A DNA stretch of 64,000 nt from an uncultured Gammaproteobacteria bacterium (GTDB taxonomy: Bacteria > Patescibacteriota > Patescibacteriia > UBA9934): contig CAYHFQ010000002.1 of NCBI GenBank assembly GCA_964355955.1, positions 2,338-66,337 of the forward strand. The letters are read 5' to 3'. Shown piece after piece: positions 18,342 through 29,340 of this stretch (positions within the stretch are counted from its first letter, which is position 1; each line of letters begins with the position of its first letter). The translations under genes were made by a program, and so were the position numbers. Under the pieces are notes generated by a model. The model saw only the letters and a list, made by a program, of their open reading frames with translations. It did no database searches and was not told the DNA's origin.

Positions 18342-19603
18342 TCGACTTAAAAATTCTGCGCGAAACGCCAAACGTAATCAGAGAAGCCGCTAAGGCTAAG
18401 AATGTCGAGATCGATATTGACCGCATTCTCGACCTGGACCGTAAAGTCCGCGGCTTGAAGGGCGAAATGGAAAGTATCGCGGCGCAAAAAAATGACTCCG
18501 GCAAGCGTATTGCTAAGGCTACGCCCGAGGAGCGCAAGGCCATGATTGAGGAAATGCGTCCACTAGACGCCCGCGCCGAAAATTTGCAAGCCGAATTCGC
18601 GCCGCTCGCCGAAGAACTCGAAGAGTTGCTGCACAAAATCCCTAATCCATCTTTGCCAGACGTGCGGATTGGCCACAGCGATACCGAGAACGTCGCTATC
18701 CGCTTGGTTGGCGAACCACGTAAATTTGCTTTCCCTGTTAAGGATCACTTGGAACTCGGCGAAGCGCTCGGCATTATCGACACCGTGCGGGCTGCTAAAG
18801 TCAGCGGCGCTCGCTTCACCTACTTGGTAGGGGACGGAGCCCTCCTTGAAATGGCTCTCGTCGACTACGCTGTTCGCACCGCCATCAAACACGGCTTCAC
18901 GCCAGTTACTGTGCCACATCTCGTCAGCGCCAAAGCTATGCGCGCTATGGGTTATTTGGAGCACGGTGGTCACGACGAAATCTATTATCTAGCCAAAGAC
19001 AACCTTTACCTCATCGGTACGTCGGAACAAGCCATCGGCCCCATGCACACGGATGAGATTCTCGACATCGACGCTGCTCCTAAGCGTTACGTCGGCATTT
19101 CACCGTGCTATCGCCGCGAGTCGGGCACCTACGGCAAGGACACCAAGGGTATCATTCGTTTGCACCAATTCACTAAAGTAGAAATGTTTAGTTTCTGTAA
19201 GCCGGAAGATTCCGCAGCGCAACACGAAATGATGCTGGTGATCGAAGAAGAGCTCATGCAGGGCCTTGGTTTGCCATACCACGTTCTCGACATCGTCTCG
19301 GGCGACCTTGGATTACCTGCCGCCAAAAAGTGGGACATCGAAGCCTGGTTCCCATCCCAAGAGCGTTACCGCGAAACTCATTCCACCAGTAACTGCACAG
19401 ACTTCCAAGCTCGCCGCCTCAATACTCGTTATCGTACAGAGGAGGGGATTAACTTCGTTCACACCGTCAACGGCACTGCCTTCTCCGGCCGACCAATCGC
19501 CGCTATCCTCGAAAACTTCCAGGAAGCCGACGGCAGCGTGCGCATTCCGGAAGTTTTGCAAGCCTACATGGGCAAGAGTGTCATCACCCCAAGAACAGTC
19601 TAG
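18338..19603 (+). CDS. serS: Seryl-tRNA synthetase
   Basis: LIGTSE, RLHQFTKVE, SNCTDFQARRL, HTVNGT. Confidence 0.97.
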   Translation: MIDLKILRETPNVIREAAKAKNVEIDIDRILDLDRKVRGLKGEMESIAAQKNDSGKRIAKATPEERKAMIEEMRPLDARAENLQAEFAPLAEELEELLHKIPNPSLPDVRIGHSDTENVAIRLVGEPRKFAFPVKDHLELGEALGIIDTVRAAKVSGARFTYLVGDGALLEMALVDYAVRTAIKHGFTPVTVPHLVSAKAMRAMGYLEHGGHDEIYYLAKDNLYLIGTSEQAIGPMHTDEILDIDAAPKRYVGISPCYRRESGTYGKDTKGIIRLHQFTKVEMFSFCKPEDSAAQHEMMLVIEEELMQGLGLPYHVLDIVSGDLGLPAAKKWDIEAWFPSQERYRETHSTSNCTDFQARRLNTRYRTEEGINFVHTVNGTAFSGRPIAAILENFQEADGSVRIPEVLQAYMGKSVITPRTV

Positions 19604-19606
19604 TTT

Positions 19607-20737
19607 GTGCGTACTTGGGTCGAGATTTCGCGTACCGCCATGGCTAGCAACGTCGCTGCACTGCAGGCTTTATTAGAGCCGACTGTCTCTCTTTGTGCTT
19701 TCGTGAAGAGTTTCGCCTACGGCCATGACATTTCGCTCACCACCAAGTTACTCGGTGAATCCGGCGTGACGCATTTTGGCGTCGACAGCATTGACGAGGC
19801 CTTGGACGTGAGAGCAGTAGCACCAGAGGCCGCTATCTTTATTATGGGCATGGTGCCGGTCGAGCGTTTTGATGAAGTTGTGGCGCACGATTGCGTGCAA
19901 AATATTTACGACGAAGAAGGCTTGCGCGCCATTGTTGATGCGGCCGTCAAGCAGCAGAAAGTTGCGCTCATTAATATTGAGATAGAGACCGGCTTAAATC
20001 GATTGGGCGTCATCGAACGCGTTTTGGTCGACCTTTTACGAACCATAAAAAACAATCCTCGTAGTGTTAAACTTGTCGGTTTGTCGACCCATCTCTCGTC
20101 AGCGGAAGATGTCGCCGAGCAACATTACGTCTACGCTCAGGAAGATGGCTTGCAGCGCGCTCTGGAGCTTTGTGCGAGTTATGAACTCAGCGTGCCGTTC
20201 GTGCATTGCGCTAATAGTGCAGCGACAATTTTTGCGCCCCGCGTGCACGACACTATGGTTCGCGTCGGCATAGCCCTTTACGGTTTGTGGCCGAGCGCCG
20301 AACTCAAGCTAGCTGTACAACGTGGTCGGGCTTTTGAGTTACAGCCAGTTCTCAGTTGGAAAACTAAAGTTGTGCAAATAAAAGACGTACCAGCCGGCGG
20401 GGCAGTCGGTTATGATCGAACCTTTATTACCAATCGAGCCATCCGCGTCGCAGTTTTGCCAGTTGGCTATTGGGACGGTTACGATCGCGGGTTATCGAAC
20501 AAAGGCAAAGTGCTTATTCATGGCCGTCCCTGTGCTGTACTCGGTCGGATTTGCATGAACATGATGATGGTCGACGTCTCAGAAATTGCGCAAATCAAAG
20601 CGGGCGACGTGGCGACTCTGCTTGGCCGTGAAGGCATGGGTATGGTGACCGCGGAGACAATCGCCCAGGAACTTGGTACAATTAACTATGAAGTCGTCAC
20701 TCGCATCAATCCGCTCATCCCACGTTTAGTCGTATGA
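19607..20737 (+). CDS. alr: Alanine racemase
   Basis: VKSFAYGH (PLP Lys), ETGLNRLG, VRVGIALYG, GRICMNM, GTINYE. Confidence 0.95.
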   Translation: MRTWVEISRTAMASNVAALQALLEPTVSLCAFVKSFAYGHDISLTTKLLGESGVTHFGVDSIDEALDVRAVAPEAAIFIMGMVPVERFDEVVAHDCVQNIYDEEGLRAIVDAAVKQQKVALINIEIETGLNRLGVIERVLVDLLRTIKNNPRSVKLVGLSTHLSSAEDVAEQHYVYAQEDGLQRALELCASYELSVPFVHCANSAATIFAPRVHDTMVRVGIALYGLWPSAELKLAVQRGRAFELQPVLSWKTKVVQIKDVPAGGAVGYDRTFITNRAIRVAVLPVGYWDGYDRGLSNKGKVLIHGRPCAVLGRICMNMMMVDVSEIAQIKAGDVATLLGREGMGMVTAETIAQELGTINYEVVTRINPLIPRLVV

Positions 20738-21621
20738 TGCAGCACCGCAACTTTACGCGCGTTGCCCACGCCAAATCTTATGCTGGCGGTCGTTTGCGCA
20801 ACCCATTTTTTGATCACGAGCCACGGCATATTAACCCGTGGTTTTTGTTAGTCGGTATTTCAGTCATCAGTTTAGGATTATTTGCCGCCTTTCTTTACGC
20901 ACCATTTCTCCAATACAATCAGCTAGAAGTTGACGGTCTGACCACCTTATCTTCCGGTGAAGTTGAGGCTACAGTCAACGAAGTACTGAATCATAACCGT
21001 TGGTTGTTAGTGCCTGGTCGTCAGTTATTTTTAATGAATAGTGCACGAGTTATTAAAGAGCTAGACATTAAATTTAACTTTGCTAGTATCTCTTTGCATC
21101 GCAGCGGGCGTCATTTAGTGATTAACGCTGTTGAACGGATTACGCAAGTGACATGGCTCGTTGGTGATAAAGGCTATTTACTTGATTTGTCCGGCTTGGC
21201 GGTAGCCGAGGCCTCGCCTGAAGTGCTGGCTAATGTGACCGCACGTAAAAGTGGTGCGGTGGAGATTCCCGCAGCTCCAGGCGTGCAACCTACCATGCCA
21301 ATTATTATAAATAACCAGGCGGAGGAAGTAGTGCTAGGCCAAGGCGTACTCGATGTAACACGACTAACCAACGTGCTCATGCTAGACAGTGCCCTGCGAG
21401 AGAGGGGACTCATACCTCGTTCTTACGTATTTGAGGACAGTTCGCAGCCTTGGTTAACAGTGCAAACAGATTCAATCGCACTGCTGGTCGACGTCACTCA
21501 AAGTATTATCGAGGCTGTCAGCATGTTCGATACTTACCGCACGCAAGGGAACACTTCTTTTACGACACTAAAGTACATTGATTTACGTTTTGGCAATCAC
21601 CTTTATATTCAAACTAAATAA
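20734..21621 (+). CDS. FtsQ/DivIB-like protein
   Basis: Single TM, POTRA-like region, C-terminal YIDLRFGN. Confidence 0.75.
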   Translation: MMQHRNFTRVAHAKSYAGGRLRNPFFDHEPRHINPWFLLVGISVISLGLFAAFLYAPFLQYNQLEVDGLTTLSSGEVEATVNEVLNHNRWLLVPGRQLFLMNSARVIKELDIKFNFASISLHRSGRHLVINAVERITQVTWLVGDKGYLLDLSGLAVAEASPEVLANVTARKSGAVEIPAAPGVQPTMPIIINNQAEEVVLGQGVLDVTRLTNVLMLDSALRERGLIPRSYVFEDSSQPWLTVQTDSIALLVDVTQSIIEAVSMFDTYRTQGNTSFTTLKYIDLRFGNHLYIQTK

Positions 21622-21629
21622 ATTATAAT

Positions 21630-22103
21630 ATGACTACAATCGAACTCCTGAACACTAAGGCGCCAGCATTTTCGTTAGCCGACCAAGAAGGTAAGATTCA
21701 CAACTTGAAAGACTACGCTGGCAAGCTGCTTGTCCTATATTTCTACCCAAAGGATTTGACACCTGGCTGCACAATCGAGGCCTGCAACTTTCGTGACAAC
21801 CTAGCTCGGGTCAGGAGCGCTGGTGCAGCTGTGCTCGGCGTCTCAGCGGACTCTGTGAAGCGCCACGCTAAGTTCGCGGAGGTAGAGAAGCTTAACTTCC
21901 CGGTGCTGAGCGATGAGTCTCACGAGATGCTAAACGCTTACGGCGTGTGGCAGGAAAAGAAAATGATGGGGAAGAAGTACATGGGTATCGTCAGAACGAC
22001 ACTTATTATCGACGAGCAGGGGATGGTTCGTAAGATTTGGACTGATGTTAAAGTGAACGGCCATGTCGACGAAGTGATTGCGACGCTTAAGGAACTAAAA
22101 TAA
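21630..22103 (+). CDS. bcp: Peroxiredoxin BCP
   Basis: YFYPKDLTPGCTIEACNFRD. Confidence 0.95.
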   Translation: MTTIELLNTKAPAFSLADQEGKIHNLKDYAGKLLVLYFYPKDLTPGCTIEACNFRDNLARVRSAGAAVLGVSADSVKRHAKFAEVEKLNFPVLSDESHEMLNAYGVWQEKKMMGKKYMGIVRTTLIIDEQGMVRKIWTDVKVNGHVDEVIATLKELK

Positions 22104-22191
22104 TTAGCCATAGCCATTATTATAACCCGTTATTGGGCTTTGTAATGGATCTGTCTGACTGGACACTTGTAGATAATAATTGAGGTGGGGT

Positions 22192-22219
22192 AGGCGAGAA
22201 CCATACATTCTCGCCTTTA
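22192..22219 (+). terminator. Hairpin, possible intrinsic terminator downstream of bcp
   Basis: AGGCGAGAA-N7-TTCTCGCCT perfect 9-bp stem followed by TTATT. Confidence 0.5.
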
Positions 22220-22594
22220 TTCCTGCATAATTAGGTGTCGCGCATTATACCTTTTGCGAACCATAGGTTGACAATAAAAGAAAACCCAGTAAACGTTAGA
22301 ATCGTTAGTTGTCTTTATCTAATAATACATTTCTCCTACTGCCATGTAATACCAACAATACAGTAGTTCATTATACTGGCCGAGACCGACTAGTCACCAT
22401 CAGTAAGCCCTGAGGCTGGATGTCGTTGATCGCCTATGTGTCGCAATATGTTAATTACCTACCAATAGCCTAACTAGCTCCAATGAGAGCTATAGGGCTT
22501 AAATGACCGACGCATTTAAATGCGCTGTGTTAAACTAGGGGTCCTGTAGTACCTCTAATTTCAATATCGAAAAGCAGGCGTCAACCTGTGGCGC

Positions 22595-23803
22595 TTAGTT
22601 TGATAAATAGCTCATCGGATTAACCGGAATACCACTCTTACGTACCTCAAAATGTAAATGCGGCCCAGTCGAAAGACCGGCTCCTTGCATGCCAGGCTTA
22701 CCACCGGATAAGCCAATCTGCTCGCCGCGAGCTACGTACTGATCAGGCTTAACATCCATGCGCATCATGTGAGCATAAAGCGTCGCCATGCCGTTGGTAT
22801 GGATGATCATGACATAGTTGCCATATTGACTGCCGGTCTTTGCCCAAGCCACGTAGCCAGGTGCGGCAGCTTCAATTGAAGTACCAACAGGTACAGCAAT
22901 ATCTAAACCAGAGTGTTCAAACATTCTGCGGAAGGGGTACGTAGGGTCGTGAAATAATGTAGTGATAATTCCCCGTAATGGCCAAGTCATTTCAGAAGAC
23001 CCTTCCCCCACCTGGTCATTTTGCGCCAACTTAGCTTCAATCGAGTTCTGTAGAGCAGAAATTTCAGCAGCTACACTTTGCTGTTCCTGACGTAGCTCGC
23101 TCATGAGCGTGGTGTACCCTGCTTGGCTCTCCTCTGCTTGCGCCATGAGCACTTCCTTCGCCTGCTGCTGTCCTTCAAGCTTAGCGACTTTAGCCGTTAG
23201 TTCACTAGCTAAATCGTTCAGTGACGCTAGCTTAAGTTCGTGGTCGGCCTTATCTGCTTCGAGCCCCGCCTGGGTGGCCTGAGTAGCGTCGACGGTCTGT
23301 TTCAAGCCGCGGTTAACATCCTCCAACTGCGATACACTATTAAACGCTTCGTGGAAATTACCAGCGCCAAAAAACGTAGCTACTAAGCCGTGATCCTCAT
23401 GCTGATTCAAAGTGAAGAGCATGTTAGACAACATCGCCCGTTGACGTTCCAAGTCAGCCGCCTGCGCCCCGATGTCATTCTCAAGTACGCGCATCTCGAG
23501 GTTTTGTTGCTCGATTTCCGTTTGTGTGGCGGTAATATCAAGCTCAGCAATAGCTGTTTGATTCTCTATTAAGGCTACATCGTTAGCCAAGGATGCACTC
23601 ATGGCAGCAGCTCCATTTATTCTTTTCTTAAGCGTAGTTAGCTTATTGTTAACTTCACTTATAGCTGCCTTTTTTTGAGCTATCTGATCCTGCAGTTCTT
23701 GCGTCGTCGCTTCCGCCGAAACTCTATCTACGCGACCGGCAAACAAGACCATTGTTATCAATGGGATCAAGGCCAATAGTGCGATTGATTGGCGTCGAGA
23801 CAT
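22595..23803 (-). CDS. Coiled-coil M23 peptidase (EnvC/CwlO-like murein hydrolase)
   Basis: Signal peptide, long coiled coil, HSGLD, YAHM, STGPHLHFEVR. Confidence 0.92.
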   Translation of the reverse strand: MSRRQSIALLALIPLITMVLFAGRVDRVSAEATTQELQDQIAQKKAAISEVNNKLTTLKKRINGAAAMSASLANDVALIENQTAIAELDITATQTEIEQQNLEMRVLENDIGAQAADLERQRAMLSNMLFTLNQHEDHGLVATFFGAGNFHEAFNSVSQLEDVNRGLKQTVDATQATQAGLEADKADHELKLASLNDLASELTAKVAKLEGQQQAKEVLMAQAEESQAGYTTLMSELRQEQQSVAAEISALQNSIEAKLAQNDQVGEGSSEMTWPLRGIITTLFHDPTYPFRRMFEHSGLDIAVPVGTSIEAAAPGYVAWAKTGSQYGNYVMIIHTNGMATLYAHMMRMDVKPDQYVARGEQIGLSGGKPGMQGAGLSTGPHLHFEVRKSGIPVNPMSYLSN

Positions 23804-23813
23804 GGCAGAATGA

Positions 23814-25274
23814 TTAACCGACTAATTCAAGGGCTCGTTGCAAACGAGCTAACGATTCCTCTTTACCTAAAGCCCACAACAATTCATACGGGCTAGCAGA
23901 CTTCTCAAGACCGGACAGCGCTACACGCATTGGCCACAACACATTACCATTCTGCAGTCCGTTAATTGTAATATACTCCTTTATAGCCGCTTCGAGAAGT
24001 ACAACTTCTGCAAACGCTGCTTCATCTAGCTGTCCGATGACTGCCGTCACATTTTTTAATTGAAGTGCCGAGTCTTCCGTCGTCGATTTCTTCCACGTTA
24101 AAATAGCCGGGTCATAAGCAGCGACGCCAACGTAAGCGCCCAACTTATCAGCGAACTCGGTTAATCTGCTGACGCGCTCGCGTTCGATTATCAGCGCTTT
24201 CTGCAAGGTAGGTGACGCCAAATCTAGTGTCGTAAAAGGTTGTACCGCCGCGACAAGTTCATTCTGCGTCAGCTTCATTAAATACTGATGGTTCATCCAA
24301 TCCAATTTTTCGATATTCATCACCGCCCCTGCCCTACTGACTTTTGACAGGTCAAAAAGCTCAACCAACTCGGCCCGGTCGTAAATCTCCTGGTCTGCCT
24401 TCGGGTTATAGCCAAGCGTGCTGATGAAGTTAATTAGAGTTTCTGGCAAATAGCCCTTGCTCAAATAACTCTCCACCGACACGTCCCCTTTCCGCTTACT
24501 GAGCTTAGTTTTGTCTGGATTCAGAATTAGCGGAACGTGAGCGTAAACTGGCATCGCGATCCCAAGCATGGCGCACAAAATAATCTGCTTCGGCGTCGAT
24601 GAAATCCACTCTTCGCCACGCAGCACATGACTAATCTTCATCAAGTAATCATCAACGACGACAGCCAAATGATATGAAGCAAAGCCGTCGGACTTAATTA
24701 TTACCTGATCGTCGACGTCGGCGTTATTGAAGCTGATCTCGCCGCGAATTGCGTCGACAAATTTGGATTCGCCTTCCGGGATCCGCAGGCGAATAACAAA
24801 CTTCTCGCCAGCTTCTTGGCGTGCCTTCACTTCGTCGAGACTCAAGCCAGCACAGCGGCGGTCGTACTTAGGATTCTGTTTAGCGTCGACTTGAGCAGCT
24901 CGCATCTCGACGAGTCTCTCGCTAGTACAGAAACAGACGTAAGCATTACCGTCGGCCAACAAACGGTCAGCATGCGGGCGATATAAATCGAGTCTCTTCG
25001 ATTGTGTATATGGCCCAACGTCACCTTTCTCGCTGAGCGTGCCATCTGGCAACAAAATTGGCCCTTCGTCGTAATCAATATTCAGCTTCTTAAAAGTATT
25101 AAGCAAACTTTCCACTGCTCCTTCGACTAAACGAGCTTGGTCGGTGTCTTCGATGCGTACAATAAACTGACCGCCCGTTTGGCGCGCCAAATAATAATCA
25201 AACATGACGGTTCGTAGCGTACCGATGTGCATGTAACCGGTTGGTGATGGCGCGATGCGAGTTCGAGTAATCAT
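23814..25274 (-). CDS. gltX: Glutamyl-tRNA synthetase
   Basis: RIAPSPTGYMHIG, KLSKR. Confidence 0.97.
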   Translation of the reverse strand: MITRTRIAPSPTGYMHIGTLRTVMFDYYLARQTGGQFIVRIEDTDQARLVEGAVESLLNTFKKLNIDYDEGPILLPDGTLSEKGDVGPYTQSKRLDLYRPHADRLLADGNAYVCFCTSERLVEMRAAQVDAKQNPKYDRRCAGLSLDEVKARQEAGEKFVIRLRIPEGESKFVDAIRGEISFNNADVDDQVIIKSDGFASYHLAVVVDDYLMKISHVLRGEEWISSTPKQIILCAMLGIAMPVYAHVPLILNPDKTKLSKRKGDVSVESYLSKGYLPETLINFISTLGYNPKADQEIYDRAELVELFDLSKVSRAGAVMNIEKLDWMNHQYLMKLTQNELVAAVQPFTTLDLASPTLQKALIIERERVSRLTEFADKLGAYVGVAAYDPAILTWKKSTTEDSALQLKNVTAVIGQLDEAAFAEVVLLEAAIKEYITINGLQNGNVLWPMRVALSGLEKSASPYELLWALGKEESLARLQRALELVG

Positions 25275-25275
25275 A

Positions 25276-26109
25276 TTAGCGACCAATTAATTGTAGAAAA
25301 ATTTCAGGTAAAGTTCGACGTACAGCTCGCCAGAAGCGATGTTCTCGTAGTGTAAGCAAGATGACCATCAGTGGAAAGACGACCGTCGCTCGCCAGATTC
25401 GGCGCCAACGTCGCGGTTCAATCGCCAGCCGCCACACCCATTCCAAGCCAATCCTCTGCAGCAGCCTCGGCGCTCTTGGCAAAGTTTTGCCAATCATCGC
25501 GGCTGCTCCACCCACGCCAATCATTACTCTCACTGTGGATAAGTGGTCTACATTCAATGTATACATTGAATGTAGACCAAATATGCACCTCTCCTGCTTC
25601 CCCTGCCCCAGTCCTACTGCAATCACTTGCGCCTGCAATCCTCGCATCTCGTCGATGACGTTCGGCGGTAAATCCCCTGCCTCAGCGATTACTCCAGGAT
25701 CAAGCACGACTACGTCCAGGCCGGGCCACTGCAAACGAAGCTCAGCCGCGGCTCGTTCGTTCGCGCCCTGTTCGCCGAGCAAGAGAAGACGTTGCTGAGA
25801 CTCGACGCATAGTTCAGCCAGCAGTAATAGCGCTTGCACGCCCGGCACGCGGTTTCGCAGAGTCTGTTCGGTCAAGGCGGCCGAGGCAAACCGCAAACCA
25901 ACACCGTCTGGCAAATTCAAGTCAAGGCCGTTCAATAGTTCTTTAAACGATGCATCATGTTGCGCCGCCAATAAAAACTCCGGATTCGGCGTACACACCA
26001 AGTGCGTCATCGCAGCCGCTTTATCGCCGAGCCAATCACGAAACAGCGCCCTCGTCTGTGCTACGTCGACGTTATCGATTCGAACTCCAAGCAAGCTCAC
26101 CGAATTCAT
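25276..26109 (-). CDS. WecB/TagA/CpsF family glycosyltransferase
   Basis: TPNPE, PDGVG, RVPG, GQGKQE, GVGG, RAP...GLEW.WRL..EP.R. Confidence 0.9.
   Translation of the reverse strand: MNSVSLLGVRIDNVDVAQTRALFRDWLGDKAAAMTHLVCTPNPEFLLAAQHDASFKELLNGLDLNLPDGVGLRFASAALTEQTLRNRVPGVQALLLLAELCVESQQRLLLLGEQGANERAAAELRLQWPGLDVVVLDPGVIAEAGDLPPNVIDEMRGLQAQVIAVGLGQGKQERCIFGLHSMYTLNVDHLSTVRVMIGVGGAAAMIGKTLPRAPRLLQRIGLEWVWRLAIEPRRWRRIWRATVVFPLMVILLTLREHRFWRAVRRTLPEIFLQLIGR
25544..25579. repeat. Perfect 36-bp palindrome in-frame in the TagA-like gene (REP-like, 13-bp period)
   Basis: TGGTCTACATTCAATGTATACATTGAATGTAGACCA equals its own reverse complement. Confidence 0.9.
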
Positions 26110-26513
26110 ACCCGGCGCCATAAAATCACGCACAACGCACCAAGCAGATCAAAAAATAAGTCTGCTAAACTGTCGCCCAAACCCATCTGTACTAAACCCG
26201 ACCAACTATTTACCCGCGTCAATTCCGCCAAAATAAACTCCATCCATTCCCAACCAATACCAATCAACCCCACAAAACCTAGAACTACTCCGGCAAAAAA
26301 AACTTTACTCAACCATTCTTGCTTCAATTTAAAACGAACATCCAGCACTACATGGTCCCACAAGGCCAGCGCCAAGACAGCCATCGCTACCCCACCGCCG
26401 AAGTGCATAGGCACGTCGTAATATGGGTACCAAGAATACAGCGCGATCATGCCCAAGATGTGAAAGAATATAACCCAGGCTACGGCTTTTGCTGCTTGTT
26501 TATAAGTTGTCAT
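26106..26513 (-). CDS. Membrane protein (YDVPMHF.GG / WE..EF / DSLADL type)
   Basis: 4 TM segments with conserved-looking H/E/D motifs. Confidence 0.7.
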   Translation of the reverse strand: MTTYKQAAKAVAWVIFFHILGMIALYSWYPYYDVPMHFGGGVAMAVLALALWDHVVLDVRFKLKQEWLSKVFFAGVVLGFVGLIGIGWEWMEFILAELTRVNSWSGLVQMGLGDSLADLFFDLLGALCVILWRRV

Positions 26514-26553
26514 ATTGCCCAATTCTAGCAGCAAAAAAGCGAGCAAGCAAGGC

Positions 26554-26594
26554 TTGACGAGGCTTTGTTAGCACTCTATACTTAGGACTGCTAA
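26554..26594 (+). promoter_or_regulatory. sigma70 promoter overlapped by a CIRCE (HrcA) operator upstream of clpB
   Basis: TTGACG-N17-TATACT; TTAGCACTC-N9-GACTGCTAA at 26568-26594, one mismatch to CIRCE consensus TTAGCACTC-N9-GAGTGCTAA. Confidence 0.88.
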
Positions 26595-26625
26595 GGTTGT
26601 TACCGTTTATTTTAGCCATTTTCCT

Positions 26626-29280
26626 ATGATGCCTAGTAATTTTACATCAAAGTCGAACCAAGCCATGCAGGCTGCCCAGATGATCGCCGCGGACAATGGT
26701 CAGCACGGGATTGAACCAATTCACCTTCTCGCCGCTCTTTTGGCCGATGATGAAGGCATGGTCATGACTCTTCTCCAAAAGCTGAATTCGCCAATCTCCG
26801 CCATTCAAAACGACGTCGTGCGGATGCTCGAAACCATCCCCCGCCACGCCAGCGTGGAGCAGCCAATTCCTGGCCAGATTTTCTTGACGCCACCTTTGGC
26901 CCACGTTCTCGAAAGCGCCATCACGCTCGCCAAACAATTCGGCGACGAATACATCTCCACCGAACATCTCCTCCTCGCTTTACTGACGGAAAAGATGACG
27001 GGCGGCTTACTCCACAATCACGGCTTAACGGCCGAGGGTATTTTGACGACGCTCAAAGAAATTCGCGGTGACGCTAAAATCAACACGCCAGACCCAGAAA
27101 AGAAGACGCAATCAATCGAACGTTTTAGCGTCAACATGACGGAACTCGCCCGTCGCGGCAAACTCGACCCGGTCATTGGCCGCGACGAAGAAATTCGCCG
27201 CGTCATGCAAGTTTTGTCCCGCCGCACCAAAAATAATCCTGTTCTAATCGGTGAAGCTGGCGTGGGAAAGACCGCCATTATCGAAGGTCTCGCTCAGCGC
27301 ATCATTGCCGGCGACGTGCCAGAGTCGCTCAAAGAAAAAGAAATCGTCAGCCTCGACTTGGGTGCCATGGTTGCCGGTACCAAATTCCGTGGCGAGTTCG
27401 AAGAGCGCCTCAAGTCCGTCGTCAATGAAATCAACGCCAGCAACGGCAAGATTATTTTATTCATCGACGAACTGCACATGTTAGTCGGCGCTGGTCATGG
27501 CGACGATGCTCCGATGGACGCTAGCAACTTACTGAAACCTGCTTTGGCGCGCGGTGAAATTCGCGTGGTTGGTGCCACTACCACCAAGGAATACCAAAAG
27601 CATATCGAGAAAGACCAGGCCCTAGAAAGACGTTTCCAACCTATCATGGTTAATGAGCCAAGCGTGGACGACACCATCGCCATTCTTCGCGGCATTAAGG
27701 AACGCTACGAAATTCACCACGGCGTGCGTATTTCCGACAACGCTATTATTGCCGCCACTGAACTTTCCACCCGCTATATTACCGACCGTCAGTTGCCCGA
27801 CAAAGCTGTCGATTTAATCGACGAAGCTGCCTCAGCGTTGCGTCTACAGATTGACTCCATGCCAGAAGAATTGGATCGCTTGAAGCGTGACGAAATGCGT
27901 TTGCAAATTGAACGCCAAGCCCTACTGAAAGAAGAAGACAAGGCGTCCAAGTCTCGCTTAAAAGAAATTGAGCGCCAAATCGCTGACTTGAAGGAGCAGT
28001 CCGGCGCCCTCGAAATCGCCTGGAATTCGGAAAAGCAATTGATTGAAGGTATTCGCGCTGCCAAAAATGACATGGACAAGCTTATCAACGAGGCTGAATT
28101 TGAAGAACGTCGTGGCAATCTACAACGCGTCGCCGAAATTCGTTACGGTCAAATTCCTGCCAAACGTGAAGCCCTCAAAAAAACCGAGGGCGAGCTAAAA
28201 GTTTTGCAGCAACAACGCGGCCTCCTAAAAGAAGTCGTTGGCGAAGAAGACATCGCTGCCGTGGTTGGCCGCTGGACGCATATTCCGGTATCAAAGATGT
28301 TGGAAGGCGAACTCACTAAACTTGCCCGCATGGAAGACGCCCTCAAAAAGCGTGTCATCGGCCAAGAAGAAGCTATTCACGCCGTCAGCAACGCCCTCCG
28401 CCGTTCCCGCGCTGGCATTAGCGAAGAAAACCGTCCGATTGGTAGCTTCATTTTCATGGGCCCAACCGGCGTCGGTAAAACCGAACTCGCCAAAGCCCTC
28501 GCTGAGTTCATGTTCAATGACGAGAAGGCTCTTGTTCGCTTAGACATGAGCGAATACATGGAGCGCCACAGTATGAGCAAGATGGTCGGTTCCCCACCAG
28601 GCTATGTGGGCTACGACGAAGCCGGTCAGCTAACCGAGAAGATTCGCAAGCATCCTTACTCCGTCGTCCTGTTCGACGAAATTGAAAAGGCCCATCCCGA
28701 CGTCTTCAATCTTCTCCTGCAAATTCTTGACGACGGCCACATTACGGACGCCAAGGGTCGCAAAGTCAATTTCAAAAATACCGTTATCATCATGACGAGC
28801 AACATTGGTTCCGACGCCATTCTAAGCAACGTTCAACGCTCGAGCCTCGGCTTCCATGACGGCACCGTCACCGCCGACGATTCAACCAAGGGCAAAGTCC
28901 TCGAACTTCTTAAGGAACATTTCCGACCCGAGTTCTTAAACCGCATCGACGAAACTATTGTCTTCCACGCCTTAACCCAAGAACAGATCGCCGAGGTCGT
29001 TGAGCTACAGTTGGCCATCGTCGGTAAACGATTAATAACCGAGCGCGGCATCGGCCTCAAAGTAACGGAGAAAGCCAAGAAACTCCTGGCCCTTCGCGGT
29101 TACGATCCACAATACGGCGCTCGTCCTCTCAAACGCGTCATTCAGTCCATGATTCTCGATCCACTAGCCATGAAGATTATCACTGGCGACATTCGTGACA
29201 GCGCCGCCCTCACCATTGATGCTAACAAAAAAGAAGAGATTGAGATTCGGAGTAAAGAATTGGTGGGTAGTAGAAAGTAG
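26626..29280 (+). CDS. clpB: Chaperone ClpB
   Basis: Two AAA+ modules ([16 protein letters not shown]), long middle coiled coil, GYVGY. Confidence 0.96.
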   Translation: MMPSNFTSKSNQAMQAAQMIAADNGQHGIEPIHLLAALLADDEGMVMTLLQKLNSPISAIQNDVVRMLETIPRHASVEQPIPGQIFLTPPLAHVLESAITLAKQFGDEYISTEHLLLALLTEKMTGGLLHNHGLTAEGILTTLKEIRGDAKINTPDPEKKTQSIERFSVNMTELARRGKLDPVIGRDEEIRRVMQVLSRRTKNNPVLIGEAGVGKTAIIEGLAQRIIAGDVPESLKEKEIVSLDLGAMVAGTKFRGEFEERLKSVVNEINASNGKIILFIDELHMLVGAGHGDDAPMDASNLLKPALARGEIRVVGATTTKEYQKHIEKDQALERRFQPIMVNEPSVDDTIAILRGIKERYEIHHGVRISDNAIIAATELSTRYITDRQLPDKAVDLIDEAASALRLQIDSMPEELDRLKRDEMRLQIERQALLKEEDKASKSRLKEIERQIADLKEQSGALEIAWNSEKQLIEGIRAAKNDMDKLINEAEFEERRGNLQRVAEIRYGQIPAKREALKKTEGELKVLQQQRGLLKEVVGEEDIAAVVGRWTHIPVSKMLEGELTKLARMEDALKKRVIGQEEAIHAVSNALRRSRAGISEENRPIGSFIFMGPTGVGKTELAKALAEFMFNDEKALVRLDMSEYMERHSMSKMVGSPPGYVGYDEAGQLTEKIRKHPYSVVLFDEIEKAHPDVFNLLLQILDDGHITDAKGRKVNFKNTVIIMTSNIGSDAILSNVQRSSLGFHDGTVTADDSTKGKVLELLKEHFRPEFLNRIDETIVFHALTQEQIAEVVELQLAIVGKRLITERGIGLKVTEKAKKLLALRGYDPQYGARPLKRVIQSMILDPLAMKIITGDIRDSAALTIDANKKEEIEIRSKELVGSRK

Positions 29281-29302
29281 ATTGTAGAGGGTAGACTAAG
29301 AA

Positions 29303-29340
29303 TTATAAAAGAGCCCGGCTCAGGCCAGGCTTTTTTATAA
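29303..29340. terminator. Bidirectional terminator between convergent clpB and ppa
   Basis: TTATAAAAGAGCCCGGC-TCAG-GCCAGGCTTTTTTATAA. Confidence 0.75.

Noticed and set aside
22330-22594. tmRNA, RNase P, SRP or group I intron identity for the structured gap (short ORF ending LPIA looks tag-like)
   Set aside because: No GGGG 5' end, T-arm or CCA, no GAGGAAAGTCC, SRP loop or intron core motifs seen on either strand
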